Source: an uncultured Nitrospirota bacterium
Lineage (GTDB): Bacteria > Nitrospirota > Nitrospiria > Nitrospirales > UBA8639
Assembly (NCBI GenBank): GCA_937139405.1
Contig: CAKZPV010000010.1
Span: 7,864 to 71,863 of the forward strand
Direction: 5' to 3'
DNA: 64,000 nt
Below, in pieces: positions 30,067 to 40,887 of this stretch. The notes under the pieces are model-generated. The model did no database searches. It was not told the DNA's origin and was given only the letters and a program-made list of their open reading frames with translations. The position numbers were made by a program, and so were the translations under genes. Position 1 is the first letter of the stretch. Each line of letters begins with the position of its first letter.

Positions 30067-31008
30067 ATGCCACGTGATCTTAAATTATTAGCAGGCAATT
30101 CAAATCTTGCGTTAGCCAAGGAAATTGGTGATTACATTGGGCAAGGTTTGAGTCGGGCTACGGTCACGACCTTCAGCGATGGGGAAACTCGAGTCCGGAT
30201 TGATGAGAATGTCCGTGGAGGGGATGTGTTTCTTATTCAGTCCTGCTGCAATCCCGTGAATACGTCTATTATGGAGCTTTTGTTGATGCTCGATGCTGTG
30301 AAACGCTCGTCTGCTTCACGGATTACAGCAGTCATCCCGTATTATGGATATGGTCGGCAAGACCGGAAAGATCAACCGCGTGTGCCGATTAGTGCCAAGC
30401 TCATAGCCGATCTTTTGACCGTGGCCGGGGCTAATCGAATTTTGACGATGGATTTGCATGCGGGCCCCATTCAAGGATTTTTTGATATTCCAGTTGACCA
30501 TCTGTACGCCATGCCGGTCTTGTTGGATTACATCAAAAAGCAGCAAATAACTGATATGGTGATCGTTTCTCCAGACGCAGGGGGCGTGGAGCGAGCGAGG
30601 GCGTTTGCTAAACGCCTCAATTCCTCTTTGGCGATTATCGATAAACGACGAGAATCACCCAACCAAGCCGAAGTGATGAATATTATCGGTGATGTGAAGG
30701 GCATGCATGCCCTCTTATTTGATGATATGATCGATACGGCTGGTACTATTGTTCAAACGGCCCAAACATGCTTAGATAATGGAGCCCTTTCAGTGTGGGC
30801 GGGTTGTACCCATCCAGTATTGTCAGGCCCCGCCTTGAAACGGCTAGAGGGATCATGTTTGCGGGAAGTGGTAGTGACGAATACCATCCCGCTCAATGGT
30901 AAAGAGCAACAATGCGCGAAGTTAAAGCCTCTATCCGTTGCTCCGTTATTGGGTGAGGCAATTTTGAGAATACACCGTGAGGAGTCTGTGACATCCTTGT
31001 TTGTGTAG
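30067..31008 (+). CDS. prs: Ribose-phosphate pyrophosphokinase
   Basis: [35 protein letters not shown]. Confidence 0.98.
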   Translation: MPRDLKLLAGNSNLALAKEIGDYIGQGLSRATVTTFSDGETRVRIDENVRGGDVFLIQSCCNPVNTSIMELLLMLDAVKRSSASRITAVIPYYGYGRQDRKDQPRVPISAKLIADLLTVAGANRILTMDLHAGPIQGFFDIPVDHLYAMPVLLDYIKKQQITDMVIVSPDAGGVERARAFAKRLNSSLAIIDKRRESPNQAEVMNIIGDVKGMHALLFDDMIDTAGTIVQTAQTCLDNGALSVWAGCTHPVLSGPALKRLEGSCLREVVVTNTIPLNGKEQQCAKLKPLSVAPLLGEAILRIHREESVTSLFV

Positions 31009-31079
31009 AGCATAAGAATACATAATAGCGAGTAAGAAATATTCACATTCTATTGGTTGAAGAGGAAGAGGACACCACC

Positions 31080-31769
31080 ATGAAATATGAACTTGAAGTA
31101 GAAAAACGAGAGAAGGCTGGGAAAGGCGTTGCACGGCAGTTGCGACGTGAGGGGAAGATCCCAGGAGTCTTATATGGGGGTGGGAAATCGAAATTTTTGG
31201 CATTAGAGCATAATAGGGCCAGGAAGTTAGTGCTATCTCAGGTTGGTCATACGGGTTTGTTGACAGTCAGAATGCCAGGGGAGTCAGAGAAAGTTGCAGT
31301 ATTGCAAGATCATCAGCTTGATCCGATAACTGGGGCAATTTTGCATATTGATTTATTTGAAGTGTCAATGGAGAAGCCCATTCGAGTGAAGGTTCCGATT
31401 TCAATCATTGGCGCGGCGCCCATTGGTCTTAAAGAGGGCGGGATATTACACCAGCCACTTCGAGAATTGCATATTGAATGTTTGCCTGGACTCATTCCTG
31501 ACCATATCGAAGTCACTGGTACAAGCCTTGGCGTGGGTCAGGGCATCCATGTTAAAGAAGTGGAAGCGCCAGAGGGGGTCAAGATTTTAGATGATCCAGG
31601 TTTGATGGTTGTTCATGTCACAACCAAGATTTCAGAGGCAAAATTAGAGTCATTGCTCACTCGTGAAGCTGCTGAGGGAGCTGTCGCTGCTCCAGCTGAC
31701 GACAAAGACAAGACAGAAGGAGGCGCGGAGGCAGTTTCTGAGAGTAAGCCGAAAGAAGGTAAAAAGTAA
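31080..31769 (+). CDS. rplY: 50S ribosomal protein L25 (CTC/TL5 type)
   Basis: ATG at 31080; GKGVARQLRREGKIPGVLYG, HIDLF, GLKEGG; acidic tail. Confidence 0.96.
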   Translation: MKYELEVEKREKAGKGVARQLRREGKIPGVLYGGGKSKFLALEHNRARKLVLSQVGHTGLLTVRMPGESEKVAVLQDHQLDPITGAILHIDLFEVSMEKPIRVKVPISIIGAAPIGLKEGGILHQPLRELHIECLPGLIPDHIEVTGTSLGVGQGIHVKEVEAPEGVKILDDPGLMVVHVTTKISEAKLESLLTREAAEGAVAAPADDKDKTEGGAEAVSESKPKEGKK

Positions 31770-31772
31770 TCC

Positions 31773-32360
31773 TTGCATGTGGTCGTGGGGCTTGGAAATC
31801 CTGGCCGAATCTATGAAAATACGCGGCATAATCTTGGATGGATGATTCTTAAGCATGCTTCCCTTCATTGGGGAATTGCATTAACTCAAAAAGGGCAAGC
31901 ACTTCAGGGGCAAGGAAAAGTTTGTGGACGTTCAGTGTTGTTGGTTTTGCCCTTGATATGGATGAATCAGACCGGAGAAGTTGTTCATTCCCTCCTTCAG
32001 TCTACAAATCTCAGCTCATCAGATCTCATTCTTGTGTATGATGATCTGGATCTTCCCCTCGGAGTCCTTAAAATTAAAACTCGTGGGAGTCCAGGCGGGC
32101 ATAATGGTTTACGCTCCGTGTTGTCCCACCTAGGAAATGAAGACTTTTGTCGTCTTAAGATGGGAATCGGCCGACCTTCAAATGATGAAGACTTAGCTGA
32201 TTACGTGTTATCACCATTTTTACCTGACGAATGTGGAAAGGTTGATGCTGCATTGCCGAAGGCGGTGGATGCCTTGGAATGTGTGATGTGCGAGGGAATT
32301 CCGGCAGCGATGAATCGATTTCACATGCGATCTTCAAATCCCGAGATAGAGAAACCCTGA
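31773..32360 (+). CDS. pth: Peptidyl-tRNA hydrolase
   Basis: VGLGNPG, TRHNLG, YDDLDL, GGHNGL. Confidence 0.96.
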   Translation: MHVVVGLGNPGRIYENTRHNLGWMILKHASLHWGIALTQKGQALQGQGKVCGRSVLLVLPLIWMNQTGEVVHSLLQSTNLSSSDLILVYDDLDLPLGVLKIKTRGSPGGHNGLRSVLSHLGNEDFCRLKMGIGRPSNDEDLADYVLSPFLPDECGKVDAALPKAVDALECVMCEGIPAAMNRFHMRSSNPEIEKP

Positions 32361-32420
32361 GCATGATTTAGAAGGAAATTTTCTCCTGGTATTACGGAGT
32401 TGTGCTATCATTTAGGGAGT

Positions 32421-32450
32421 TTGACAGCATATTTCCCCCTATGGTACTTT
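32421..32450 (+). promoter_or_regulatory. Putative sigma70 promoter for rpsF-ssb-rpsR
   Basis: TTGACA-N18-TACTTT with extended -10 TGn. Confidence 0.55.
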
Positions 32451-32522
32451 CGTTTCCCTTTTCTGGTATAAGGCGATTGGTTTGTCTGTTAACGAGTTAA
32501 TTATTCATCGAGAAAGGCTGTT

Positions 32523-32876
32523 ATGAAACTCTACGAATCAATATGTATACTTCGGCCTGTTCAAGTGGAAACGGAAAATGATCGGGTCGTCGATAAAATA
32601 AAGGACATTTTAGCCCAGTCTGGGTCCAATATCTTGAAATTAGACAATAGCGGAAAGAAGAAATTAGCCTATGATATTCAACATGAGCGAAAAGGCACAT
32701 TCATTACCGTTCAGTTCGAAGGTCCACCAACTGTTGTTGCGGAATTGGAACGCTTTCAGCGTATGGAAGATCAAGTGATGAAATTTATGACCGTTCGTGT
32801 GAACCCTGCTGACTTGGTAGCTGTGGCCGAAGAAACTGAGGGGGGAGAGGATTCCGAGGATGGTGGGATTCAATAA
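32523..32876 (+). CDS. rpsF: 30S ribosomal protein S6
   Basis: YESICIL, GKKKLAYDI, ELER. Confidence 0.95.
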   Translation: MKLYESICILRPVQVETENDRVVDKIKDILAQSGSNILKLDNSGKKKLAYDIQHERKGTFITVQFEGPPTVVAELERFQRMEDQVMKFMTVRVNPADLVAVAEETEGGEDSEDGGIQ

Positions 32877-33270
32877 AGTTATTTTAATTGGTAATCTGAC
32901 GAGAGATCCCGAGCTTCGTTATACTCCCAGTGGGACTCCTGTTGTGAATTTTCCCTTGGCGGTAAATCGTCGTTATCGCCAAGCAGATGACCAAAAAGAA
33001 GAAGTATGCTATGTTGATATCGTTGTATTCGGGCGACAGGCAGAGCATTGCGGCCAATACCTTAATAAGGGTGATGGAGCTATTGTCGATGGTCGCCTGC
33101 AGCAAAGGCGTTGGGAAACAGACGATGGACAAAAGCGAAGCAAGCATGAGGTTGTGGCTCAAACCGTAACTTTCTTACCAAAAAAGACATCAGTTGGGAG
33201 TTCTGGATCGGGGGCGGCTGAAGAACCGTCTTACGACTCGGAAGATTACTATCCTGAGCCCATGCCCTAA
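32860..33270 (+). CDS. ssb: Single-stranded DNA-binding protein
   Basis: [27 protein letters not shown]; acidic tail. Confidence 0.97.
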   Translation: MVGFNKVILIGNLTRDPELRYTPSGTPVVNFPLAVNRRYRQADDQKEEVCYVDIVVFGRQAEHCGQYLNKGDGAIVDGRLQQRRWETDDGQKRSKHEVVAQTVTFLPKKTSVGSSGSGAAEEPSYDSEDYYPEPMP

Positions 33271-33293
33271 TTTTTAGCGGAGGAGAAGTTTCT

Positions 33294-33524
33294 GTGGAAA
33301 AAGGACGATTATTTCAGCGGAAGAGAGTGTGCCGCTTTTGCTTTGACAAGACACCATTGGATTATAAGGATGCCAATCTCTTGAGAGGTTTTCTCACCGA
33401 ACGCGGGCGCATTATTCCTCGTCGAACCTCTGGCAATTGCTTGCGACATCAACGTCGTCTTACACAGGCCGTCAAGCGAGCTAGACATATAGCCATTCTC
33501 TCTTTTGCAGAAGAACTACGTTGA
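33294..33524 (+). CDS. rpsR: 30S ribosomal protein S18
   Basis: CRFC, DYKD..LL..F..ERG.I.PRR.SG.C..HQR. Confidence 0.97.
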   Translation: MEKGRLFQRKRVCRFCFDKTPLDYKDANLLRGFLTERGRIIPRRTSGNCLRHQRRLTQAVKRARHIAILSFAEELR

Positions 33525-33597
33525 AGAATTGAGTGGTCTGTCATTATTAATACCAGATAAAATTCGCGGTATTTAAGAATTCTTCTGAATGTGACCC

Positions 33598-34221
33598 ATG
33601 CCTCTACTAATCAATTTAGTCGACATTCCTTCTGAAGGATTGCCTGTTCAGTATGAGGTGCAGGCTTCGGAAGTCATGTTGCCGCGTGATGATGGGAAAG
33701 TTGTTGGTTTTCTTAATTGCTCCGGGCAGGTTTTTTCAACTGATGACCATTTGGCCAATTTTCGCGGAACACTCACTGGAAAGGTCATTCGTGAATGTGT
33801 TCGCTGTTTAATGAGATTTGAAGAAGATGTATCCTTGTCTTGGGATGCGGAGTTTAGACAATCAAATGAATCTTCAGTCGTGCCAGTTTCTTCTAAAAAA
33901 ATGAAAAAAGGCAGTCGAAGGCATAATGCAGCCATTGATGAGGAAGATGAACATGCAATCGACGCATATCCTATACAGGATAATCAGATTGACTTACTTC
34001 CTGCCTTGCAGGAACATCTCATTTTAGCGACTCCCTTGCAACCCTTGTGTGATGAAAATTGCTCGGGATTGTGCCAAGTGTGTGGAGCCAACTTAAATGA
34101 AGGCGTATGTGGATGTTGTTTGCCAGTAACCGAATCCTCTTCCTTAATTGCTGATACCAAAATTCCTATGAATATAAAAATTTCTCGACATTCTCTAAGT
34201 CCCCTTCCTGAAGAGGTTTAA
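33598..34221 (+). CDS. YceD/DUF177 family protein (large-subunit rRNA accumulation)
   Basis: ECVRCL, PLCDENCSGLCQVCGANLN; directly upstream of rpmF. Confidence 0.9.
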   Translation: MPLLINLVDIPSEGLPVQYEVQASEVMLPRDDGKVVGFLNCSGQVFSTDDHLANFRGTLTGKVIRECVRCLMRFEEDVSLSWDAEFRQSNESSVVPVSSKKMKKGSRRHNAAIDEEDEHAIDAYPIQDNQIDLLPALQEHLILATPLQPLCDENCSGLCQVCGANLNEGVCGCCLPVTESSSLIADTKIPMNIKISRHSLSPLPEEV

Positions 34222-34262
34222 AGGAATCAATAATCATCTCTTAACGATTAAGTTGGAACACC

Positions 34263-34445
34263 ATGGCAAATCCGAAACACAAAACTTCAAAAGCCCGTCG
34301 AGATAAACGACGATCTCATCTTGCTCTCACGCCTCCAAATCTCTCGATTTGTCCTCAATGTCATGAGCTGAAACAGCCTCATGTGACCTGCATGAATTGT
34401 GGAACTTACAAAGGGAAGGCGATCATTGCCGTTGAAGAAGGATAG
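34263..34445 (+). CDS. rpmF: 50S ribosomal protein L32
   Basis: MANPKHKTSKARRDKRR, CPQC..PH..CMNCG.Y.G. Confidence 0.97.
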   Translation: MANPKHKTSKARRDKRRSHLALTPPNLSICPQCHELKQPHVTCMNCGTYKGKAIIAVEEG

Positions 34446-34486
34446 AGACTGATTCTTTTCGCACCGACCTTTTCCAAGCCAATTCC

Positions 34487-35512
34487 ATGAAAATAGCCGT
34501 TGACGCGATGGGAGGAGATCATGGTCTATCTCCCGCCGTTGAAGGAGCCCTCCAAGCAACGAGAGAAGCATCTCTTTCTGTTATCTTGGTTGGAGATGAA
34601 TCCGCTATTCAAGCTCAGCTAGACAAGCTTAACGGTAAAAAGCCTAACATTGAAATATTCCATGCGTCTCAAGTTGTGGGGATGCATGAATCCCCAGCAT
34701 TAGCCGCACGAAAAAAACGTGATTCTTCCATATGGAAAGCCACGGAATTAGTCAAAACTCAACAGGCAGAGGCTTTGGTGAGTGCCGGGAATACCGGAGC
34801 GACCATGGTCTCGGCCTTTTTTTTATTAGGATTGATTGAAGGCGTTGATCGCCCAGCCATTGCCGCGACTCTGCCAACTCGACAAGGGAAGGCGATAATG
34901 TTGGATGTGGGGGCGACAGTTGATTGTACGGCGCAGCAACTTCACCAATTTGGCATTATGGGTCATGAGTATGGAAAACATCTTTTGGGTGTGGAGCGGC
35001 CGCGTATCGGACTTTTGAGTATTGGAGAAGAAGACACCAAGGGCAATGATGCGACGAAAGAGGCCTTTAAACTTCTCAAAGAAAGTCGGATTCATTTTAT
35101 TGGCAATATTGAAGGGCGAGACGTGTATAGTGGCAATGCTGATGTGATCGTAACCGATGGCTTTATCGGCAATGTGGCATTAAAAATATCAGAAGGATTG
35201 GCAGATGCCATAAAAAAAATGTTGATGAAAGAAATTGCGCAGTCTGCTCTTGGGCGGTTTTCCTATCTTTTTGTGGCCGGTCCGCTGCTCCGCCTACGTC
35301 GGAAAACAGATTATGCCGAATTTGGTGGAGCTCCCCTTTTGGGTGTAGAGGGGATCAGCATGATTTGTCATGGGCGATCTTCATCAAAAGCTATAAAGAA
35401 CGCCATTTTACAAGCTCATTCCTTAGCCAAGGGTGGCTTGATTGAGGCCATTCGAGATGATATTGCAGAAGGTGTCATCCCTCCGACAACTGAATCCAAG
35501 ATTGTCTCTTGA
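34487..35512 (+). CDS. plsX: Phosphate acyltransferase PlsX
   Basis: IAVDAMGGD, SAGNTGA, GNIEGRD, TDGFIGN, GGAPLLG. Confidence 0.97.
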   Translation: MKIAVDAMGGDHGLSPAVEGALQATREASLSVILVGDESAIQAQLDKLNGKKPNIEIFHASQVVGMHESPALAARKKRDSSIWKATELVKTQQAEALVSAGNTGATMVSAFFLLGLIEGVDRPAIAATLPTRQGKAIMLDVGATVDCTAQQLHQFGIMGHEYGKHLLGVERPRIGLLSIGEEDTKGNDATKEAFKLLKESRIHFIGNIEGRDVYSGNADVIVTDGFIGNVALKISEGLADAIKKMLMKEIAQSALGRFSYLFVAGPLLRLRRKTDYAEFGGAPLLGVEGISMICHGRSSSKAIKNAILQAHSLAKGGLIEAIRDDIAEGVIPPTTESKIVS

Positions 35513-35518
35513 AATCCC

Positions 35519-36493
35519 ATGAATAGTGCCATTCTCGGAACAGGAAGTTTTGTGCCCAAACGAGTGTTGACTAATGCTGACTTGGAACGGATGGTGGAAA
35601 CATCTGATACCTGGATTGTGGAGCGGACAGGTATCCGTGAGCGTCGTCTGGTTGAATCTGGACAAGCCTGTTCAGACTTGGCGTTAGAAGCCGCTCAGCG
35701 AGCATTGGTTGCTGCCAATGTAAAGGCGAGTGATGTTGGTTTGATACTCTTGGCAACGTGCACAGGAGATATGCCGCTTCCATCAACTGCCTGTCTTCTG
35801 CAATATCGATTAGGCGCAACCCGAGCGGCTGCCTGTGATATTTCAGCAGCCTGTTGCGGATTTGTGTATGCCTTATCCATCGCCGATGCGTATATCAAAA
35901 GCGGGATGCGTTATGTTCTTGTTATTGGTGCAGAAGTGATGTCAGCCATTACTGATTGGACAGATCGAAATACTTGTGTGTTATTTGGTGATGGAGCTGG
36001 AGCTGTAGTTCTAGGACCGGGCCCCCAACATTCTGGCGTTCTTTCCACACATTTGCATGCCAATGGGCAGTTGTCTGAAATGATTCATGTGCCTGGTGGC
36101 GGGTCCAAAGAGCCGGCCTCGAAAGAAGTCTTGGACAATAAGCGTTGTTTCATTAAAATGAAGGGCAATGAGACCTTTAAGATTGCCGTTAAATCTATGG
36201 AAGAGGCGGCTCAGGAAGCTGTCAAAGCCAATGGTGTCAGCATAGGCGATGTTGATGTGTTTATCCCTCATCAGGCTAATATGCGAATTTTGAAGGCGGT
36301 GAGTCAGCGCTTGGGACTTGCGCAAGAAAAATTGATGATAAATTTAGACAAATTTGGTAATACTTCTGCCGCATCTATTCCTTTGGCTTTAGATGAAGCC
36401 GTTCACAGTCAGAAGATTCAAAAAGGGCATTTGGTCTTGTTGGCTGCCTTTGGAGCGGGTTTGACCTGGGCGTCTGCGTTGGTACGTTGGTAA
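35519..36493 (+). CDS. fabH: Beta-ketoacyl-ACP synthase III
   Basis: AACCGF, FGDGAGA, PHQANMRI, GNTSAASIP. Confidence 0.97.
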   Translation: MNSAILGTGSFVPKRVLTNADLERMVETSDTWIVERTGIRERRLVESGQACSDLALEAAQRALVAANVKASDVGLILLATCTGDMPLPSTACLLQYRLGATRAAACDISAACCGFVYALSIADAYIKSGMRYVLVIGAEVMSAITDWTDRNTCVLFGDGAGAVVLGPGPQHSGVLSTHLHANGQLSEMIHVPGGGSKEPASKEVLDNKRCFIKMKGNETFKIAVKSMEEAAQEAVKANGVSIGDVDVFIPHQANMRILKAVSQRLGLAQEKLMINLDKFGNTSAASIPLALDEAVHSQKIQKGHLVLLAAFGAGLTWASALVRW

Positions 36494-36535
36494 AGAGACG
36501 GGCCAACAAAAGAAATTAACGAAGAAGGGAATATT

Positions 36536-37348
36536 ATGTCTGACATGCAATGGGGTGAGGGGGATTGGGCTTTAATTCTTGGGGCATCCAGCGGTTTTGG
36601 TGAAGCTGCCGCCTTAGAGCTGGCTGGCTTGGGATTCAATATCATCGGTGTGCATTTAGACCGAAAATCAACCCTACCAAATGCTGAACGTATTGTGACG
36701 CACATTCGAGAGTTAGGGCGTGACGTATTATTTTTTAATGCCAACGCTGCAGACCCAGAAAAACGAGGAGACATTTTGCAAGCAGTGAGGCAACGAGGCG
36801 AAGAATCTGGAAAGTCGGTCAATGTTCGAGTTCTCTTGCATTCATTAGCCTTTGGAACCTTAAAGCCATATATTGCAGAGTCTGTAGCCGAAGGCATTAA
36901 CAAAGCCCAAATGGACATGACTGTGGATGTGATGGCTAACTCTCTTGTCTATTGGACACAAGATTTAGTGAGGGGAAAGTTTTTAGGTCCGGGAGGTCGA
37001 ATTTTTTCGATGACCAGTGCAGGAGGGGCTCGAGTGTGGAAAGCCTATGGTGCAGTATCTGCCGCTAAGTCGGCTCTCGAATCTCATACACGGCAACTGG
37101 CTTTGGAATTGGCTCCGTTAGGTATTACCGTCAATTCTCTCATGGCAGGCGTCACGGATACTCCAGCTTTGAGGAAAATCCCTGGGTCTGATGAAATGAT
37201 AACCATGGCTCAACGAAAAAACCCATCAAACCGTTTAACGACGACACAGGATGTGGCTGATGCCCTTGGTCTCTTATGTCATCCGAAAGCGCATTGGATC
37301 ACGGGTAATGTGATTTGTGTCGATGGCGGAGAATTTATCGTCGACTAG
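36536..37348 (+). CDS. Enoyl-ACP reductase-like SDR (FabL/FabI type)
   Basis: LGASSGFG; YGAVSAAKSALE (Y-x6-K); lies inside the fab cluster. Confidence 0.8.
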   Translation: MSDMQWGEGDWALILGASSGFGEAAALELAGLGFNIIGVHLDRKSTLPNAERIVTHIRELGRDVLFFNANAADPEKRGDILQAVRQRGEESGKSVNVRVLLHSLAFGTLKPYIAESVAEGINKAQMDMTVDVMANSLVYWTQDLVRGKFLGPGGRIFSMTSAGGARVWKAYGAVSAAKSALESHTRQLALELAPLGITVNSLMAGVTDTPALRKIPGSDEMITMAQRKNPSNRLTTTQDVADALGLLCHPKAHWITGNVICVDGGEFIVD

Positions 37349-37371
37349 TTGTGAAAAGACATTGATTTTTT

Positions 37372-37402
37372 AAGGGAATGAGATTCTACCCTTTTTCATT
37401 TT
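37372..37402 (+). terminator. Possible intrinsic terminator or processing hairpin inside the fab operon
   Basis: aaggg...ccctt stem with inner gaat/attc pairing, followed by a T-rich tract. Confidence 0.3.
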
Positions 37403-37421
37403 CAAATACTGAACGAACCGC

Positions 37422-38357
37422 GTGAAATCAACAATAGGATTTTTATTCCCAGGGCAGGGCTCTCAATCCGTTGGAATGGGGAAAGCCCTGCATGCGACGA
37501 ATTCCCATCTTTCTGCATTGTATAAAGATGCTGAACAAGTTTTGGGATATGATCTGGGAGCATTGTGTTTTGAAGGTCCGGCAGAGCAGCTGAACCAAAC
37601 GGAGTATACGCAACCAGCCTTATTGGTCACGAGTGTCGCTGCATTCCAACTCGTAAAAGATGGTCCTATTATTCCATCCGCTGTGGCTGGCCATAGCTTG
37701 GGCGAATACACGGCTCTCGTGGCAGCAGGAGCGATTGGGTTTCGTGAGGCTGTCCGTCTCGTGCACAAGCGTGGACAATATATGGCAGAGGCCGTTAGTC
37801 CAGGGAGTGGATTAGTGGCTGCGGTCTTGGGTCTTTCTGAGTTAGAGGTTTCTGCGGTGTGTCAAGAAGCAGAAGTTTTAGGCGTTGTCGCTCCGGCAAA
37901 TTTGAATTCTCCGGGGCAGACGGTCATTGCCGGAGAGAAAAGCGCCGTGGAGCGAGCCTTAGAATTGGCGAAAACCCGTGGGGCGAAGCGTGTCAAAGCC
38001 TTGCCGGTGAGTGTTCCGGTCCATACGTCCTTGATGCAAGTTGCAGCGGATCGATTAAAAAAAGATATTGATTCTTTGGAATGGTCAGATTTAAAGGTAC
38101 CGTTGATCAATAATGTCGATGCCAAAGCAATATTTTCAGCCGATGAAGTGCGGGTGTCCTTGGTTCGGCAACTGCCATCCTCGGTTCGTTGGCAAGAGAC
38201 AATTCAGACGATGTGGACAATGGGCATTACCCATTTTATCGAAATTGGTCCTGGTAAGGTTTTGACGGGATTGGTGAAACGTATTGTGCCCGAGGCAGAG
38301 ACGTGGAATATTTTTGACCAAGAATCGTATGACCATGTTCTTTCGCATGTGGCATAA
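37422..38357 (+). CDS. fabD: Malonyl-CoA:ACP transacylase
   Basis: FPGQGSQ, TQPAL, AGHSLGEY, EIGPGKVL. Confidence 0.97.
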   Translation: MKSTIGFLFPGQGSQSVGMGKALHATNSHLSALYKDAEQVLGYDLGALCFEGPAEQLNQTEYTQPALLVTSVAAFQLVKDGPIIPSAVAGHSLGEYTALVAAGAIGFREAVRLVHKRGQYMAEAVSPGSGLVAAVLGLSELEVSAVCQEAEVLGVVAPANLNSPGQTVIAGEKSAVERALELAKTRGAKRVKALPVSVPVHTSLMQVAADRLKKDIDSLEWSDLKVPLINNVDAKAIFSADEVRVSLVRQLPSSVRWQETIQTMWTMGITHFIEIGPGKVLTGLVKRIVPEAETWNIFDQESYDHVLSHVA

Positions 38358-38393
38358 TACCCGCGCGTTCCATATTTTATCGAAAGGGAAGCG

Positions 38394-39137
38394 ATGTCAT
38401 TGACAGGAAAAATTGCTGTGGTGACAGGAAGTGCACAAGGGATTGGTCAAGCGATTGCCACAACGTTGGCTCAAGAAGGTGCAGATGTGGTTGTGGCCGA
38501 TCTGAATGCCAATCGCTGCGAAGAAACCGTGACTCGTATTCAGCAATTGGGGCGAAAAGCTATGGCTGTTTCGGTCAACGTTGGCGACTGGAACCAGGTT
38601 AAGGGTATGATTGATCGCGTATTAAAAGACTGGGAACGAATAGATATTTTAGTGAATAATGCTGGGATTACGCGTGATGGTCTACTTCTACGCATGAAAG
38701 AAGAAGATTGGCAGTCGGTGCTACAAGTTAATTTGACGGGAACATTTTTTTGTGTGAAGGCCGTTGTCCCCACCATGAGCCGACAACGGAGTGGTCGTAT
38801 TGTGAATATTGCCTCAATTGTTGGGGCGATAGGAAATGTTGGACAGGCTAACTATTCCGCTTCCAAGGCAGCTGTCATTGGCCTCACTAAAACCGTGGCG
38901 CGGGAATACGCCAGTCGGAATGTCACGATTAATGCGGTTGCCCCTGGATTTATCGACACGGCGATGACTCAAGATCTTTCTGCAGACACTAAGGAGGCTT
39001 TGTTAAGTCAGATTCCTTTAAAGCGATTAGGACAACCGTCTGACATTGCAGGTGCTGTAAGCTTTTTATGTTCTGAGAAAGCCGGATATATTACTGGCCA
39101 TGTGTTGCACGTGAATGGTGGAATGCATATGGCCTAG
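38394..39137 (+). CDS. fabG: 3-oxoacyl-ACP reductase
   Basis: TGSAQGIG, NNAGITRD, GQANYSASK. Confidence 0.97.
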   Translation: MSLTGKIAVVTGSAQGIGQAIATTLAQEGADVVVADLNANRCEETVTRIQQLGRKAMAVSVNVGDWNQVKGMIDRVLKDWERIDILVNNAGITRDGLLLRMKEEDWQSVLQVNLTGTFFCVKAVVPTMSRQRSGRIVNIASIVGAIGNVGQANYSASKAAVIGLTKTVAREYASRNVTINAVAPGFIDTAMTQDLSADTKEALLSQIPLKRLGQPSDIAGAVSFLCSEKAGYITGHVLHVNGGMHMA

Positions 39138-39195
39138 ACTCATAAGTTCATGAGATTGTTTACTCAATACACTTTGGCAGGAGGAGGTTCCAACG

Positions 39196-39426
39196 ATGGC
39201 TGTGGAAGAACGGATTAAGAAAATTATTGCAGAACAACTAGGGGTTGAAGAAGATGATGTGGTTGCTGATGCCAAATTTGTCGAGGATCTTGGGGCTGAT
39301 TCCTTGGATACGGTAGAATTGGTGATGGCCTTAGAAGAGGAATTCGAGATTGAAATTCCTGATGAAGATGCGGAAAAGATCCAGACGGTCTCGGCTGCTA
39401 TCGATTTCATCAAAGAAAAAGCCTAA
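39196..39426 (+). CDS. acpP: Acyl carrier protein
   Basis: [12 protein letters not shown]; strong RBS. Confidence 0.98.
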   Translation: MAVEERIKKIIAEQLGVEEDDVVADAKFVEDLGADSLDTVELVMALEEEFEIEIPDEDAEKIQTVSAAIDFIKEKA

Positions 39427-39459
39427 TTTTTTTATCCCACAGGTATCAGGATCGCTGCA

Positions 39460-40713
39460 ATGAGTGAATGGACGCCACGTCGAGTTGTTGTGACAGGGTT
39501 GGGGCTTGTCACGCCCTTGGATATTGGTGTGCCCAAGACGTGGGAAAAGCTTTGCCAAGGGGAGTCTGGTATTGGACCAATCTCACGGTTCGATTCGAGT
39601 CAGTATTCTGTGCGTATTGCGGGGGAAGTCAAAAACTTTGATCCTTCAGTATACATTGAAAAAAAAGAGATAAAAAAAATGGATACCTTTATCCATTTTG
39701 CTGTGGCAGCTAGCCAAGAAGCGGTTGATGATGCCAGGTTAGTCGTTGATTCTCACAATGCCGAGCGAGTGGGTGTGTATATTGGCGCAGGCATTGGCGG
39801 TCTTCCTGCTATTGAACATTATCACAAGATATTATTGGAACGTGGTCCCGATCGCGTCACACCGTTTTTTATCCCAATGGTCATTATCAATCTGGCTTCG
39901 GGGCAAGTGGCGATTCGTCATGGTGCAAAAGGTCCCAATGCTTGTACCGTGACTGCTTGTGCGACGGGCAATCACTGTATAGGAGATGGGTTTCGACTGA
40001 TTCAACGAGGAGAAGCTGATGTCATGATCGTCGGCGGCGCGGAAGCAACAATTTGTCCAACAGCTATTGCAGGTTTTGCTGCAGCCAAGGCTCTATCGCG
40101 GAGAAACGATGAACCGGAGAAAGCTAGCCGACCGTTTGATAAAGATCGTGATGGTTTCGTCATCGGTGAAGGGGCAGGGGTGTTGATTATAGAAGAACTT
40201 GAGCATGCTCAAGCTCGAGGCGCCAAGATATACGCTGAGCTCATTGGGTATGCGATGAACAGCGACGCGTTCCATATCACCGCCCCATCTGAGGATGGTT
40301 CAGGGGCGGTGACATGTATGGAGCGGGCAATTCAGGATGCAGGAGTGTCAAAATCATCGATCGGTTATATCAATGCTCATGGGACATCGACAATGGCCGA
40401 TCGAGTGGAAACACAAGTCATTAAAAAAGTGTTTGGGGACCATGCCCATTCCATCCCGGTGAGTTCCACCAAGTCGATGACTGGACATTTACTAGGAGCA
40501 GCTGGTGGGATTGAAGCGGTCTTTTCCATTTTAGCGTTGCAACAAGGCCTCATTCCTCCAACGATCAATTTAGATGATCCAGACCCAGAATGTGATTTGG
40601 ATTATGTCCCCAACCAATCTCGCGCCTGTTCTTTTGACGTGGCCATTTCCAATGCGTTTGGATTTGGCGGAGTCAATGCCTGCCTAGTCTTTCGTCGCTG
40701 GCAAGAGGCCTAG
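39460..40713 (+). CDS. fabF: Beta-ketoacyl-ACP synthase II
   Basis: [28 protein letters not shown]. Confidence 0.97.
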   Translation: MSEWTPRRVVVTGLGLVTPLDIGVPKTWEKLCQGESGIGPISRFDSSQYSVRIAGEVKNFDPSVYIEKKEIKKMDTFIHFAVAASQEAVDDARLVVDSHNAERVGVYIGAGIGGLPAIEHYHKILLERGPDRVTPFFIPMVIINLASGQVAIRHGAKGPNACTVTACATGNHCIGDGFRLIQRGEADVMIVGGAEATICPTAIAGFAAAKALSRRNDEPEKASRPFDKDRDGFVIGEGAGVLIIEELEHAQARGAKIYAELIGYAMNSDAFHITAPSEDGSGAVTCMERAIQDAGVSKSSIGYINAHGTSTMADRVETQVIKKVFGDHAHSIPVSSTKSMTGHLLGAAGGIEAVFSILALQQGLIPPTINLDDPDPECDLDYVPNQSRACSFDVAISNAFGFGGVNACLVFRRWQEA

Positions 40714-40887
40714 AACCAAAAGAATTGTAGTTTTCCTCATCGTGCCCTTTCTCTTTATCCTGCGCCATTTTGTCTTGCCTCATTATCACGGTTGTGCGAT
40801 ATGATACAATGAAAATATTTTTAGAGAGGAGAGATTGAGAAGTTTCTGTATTTTAGGTACTGGCTTGATAAAAGAGGATGATGCGTT

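Noticed and set aside
40714-40887. Pyrimidine/purine runs between fabF and rnc as another heptamer element
   Set aside because: Periodicity does not hold in register.
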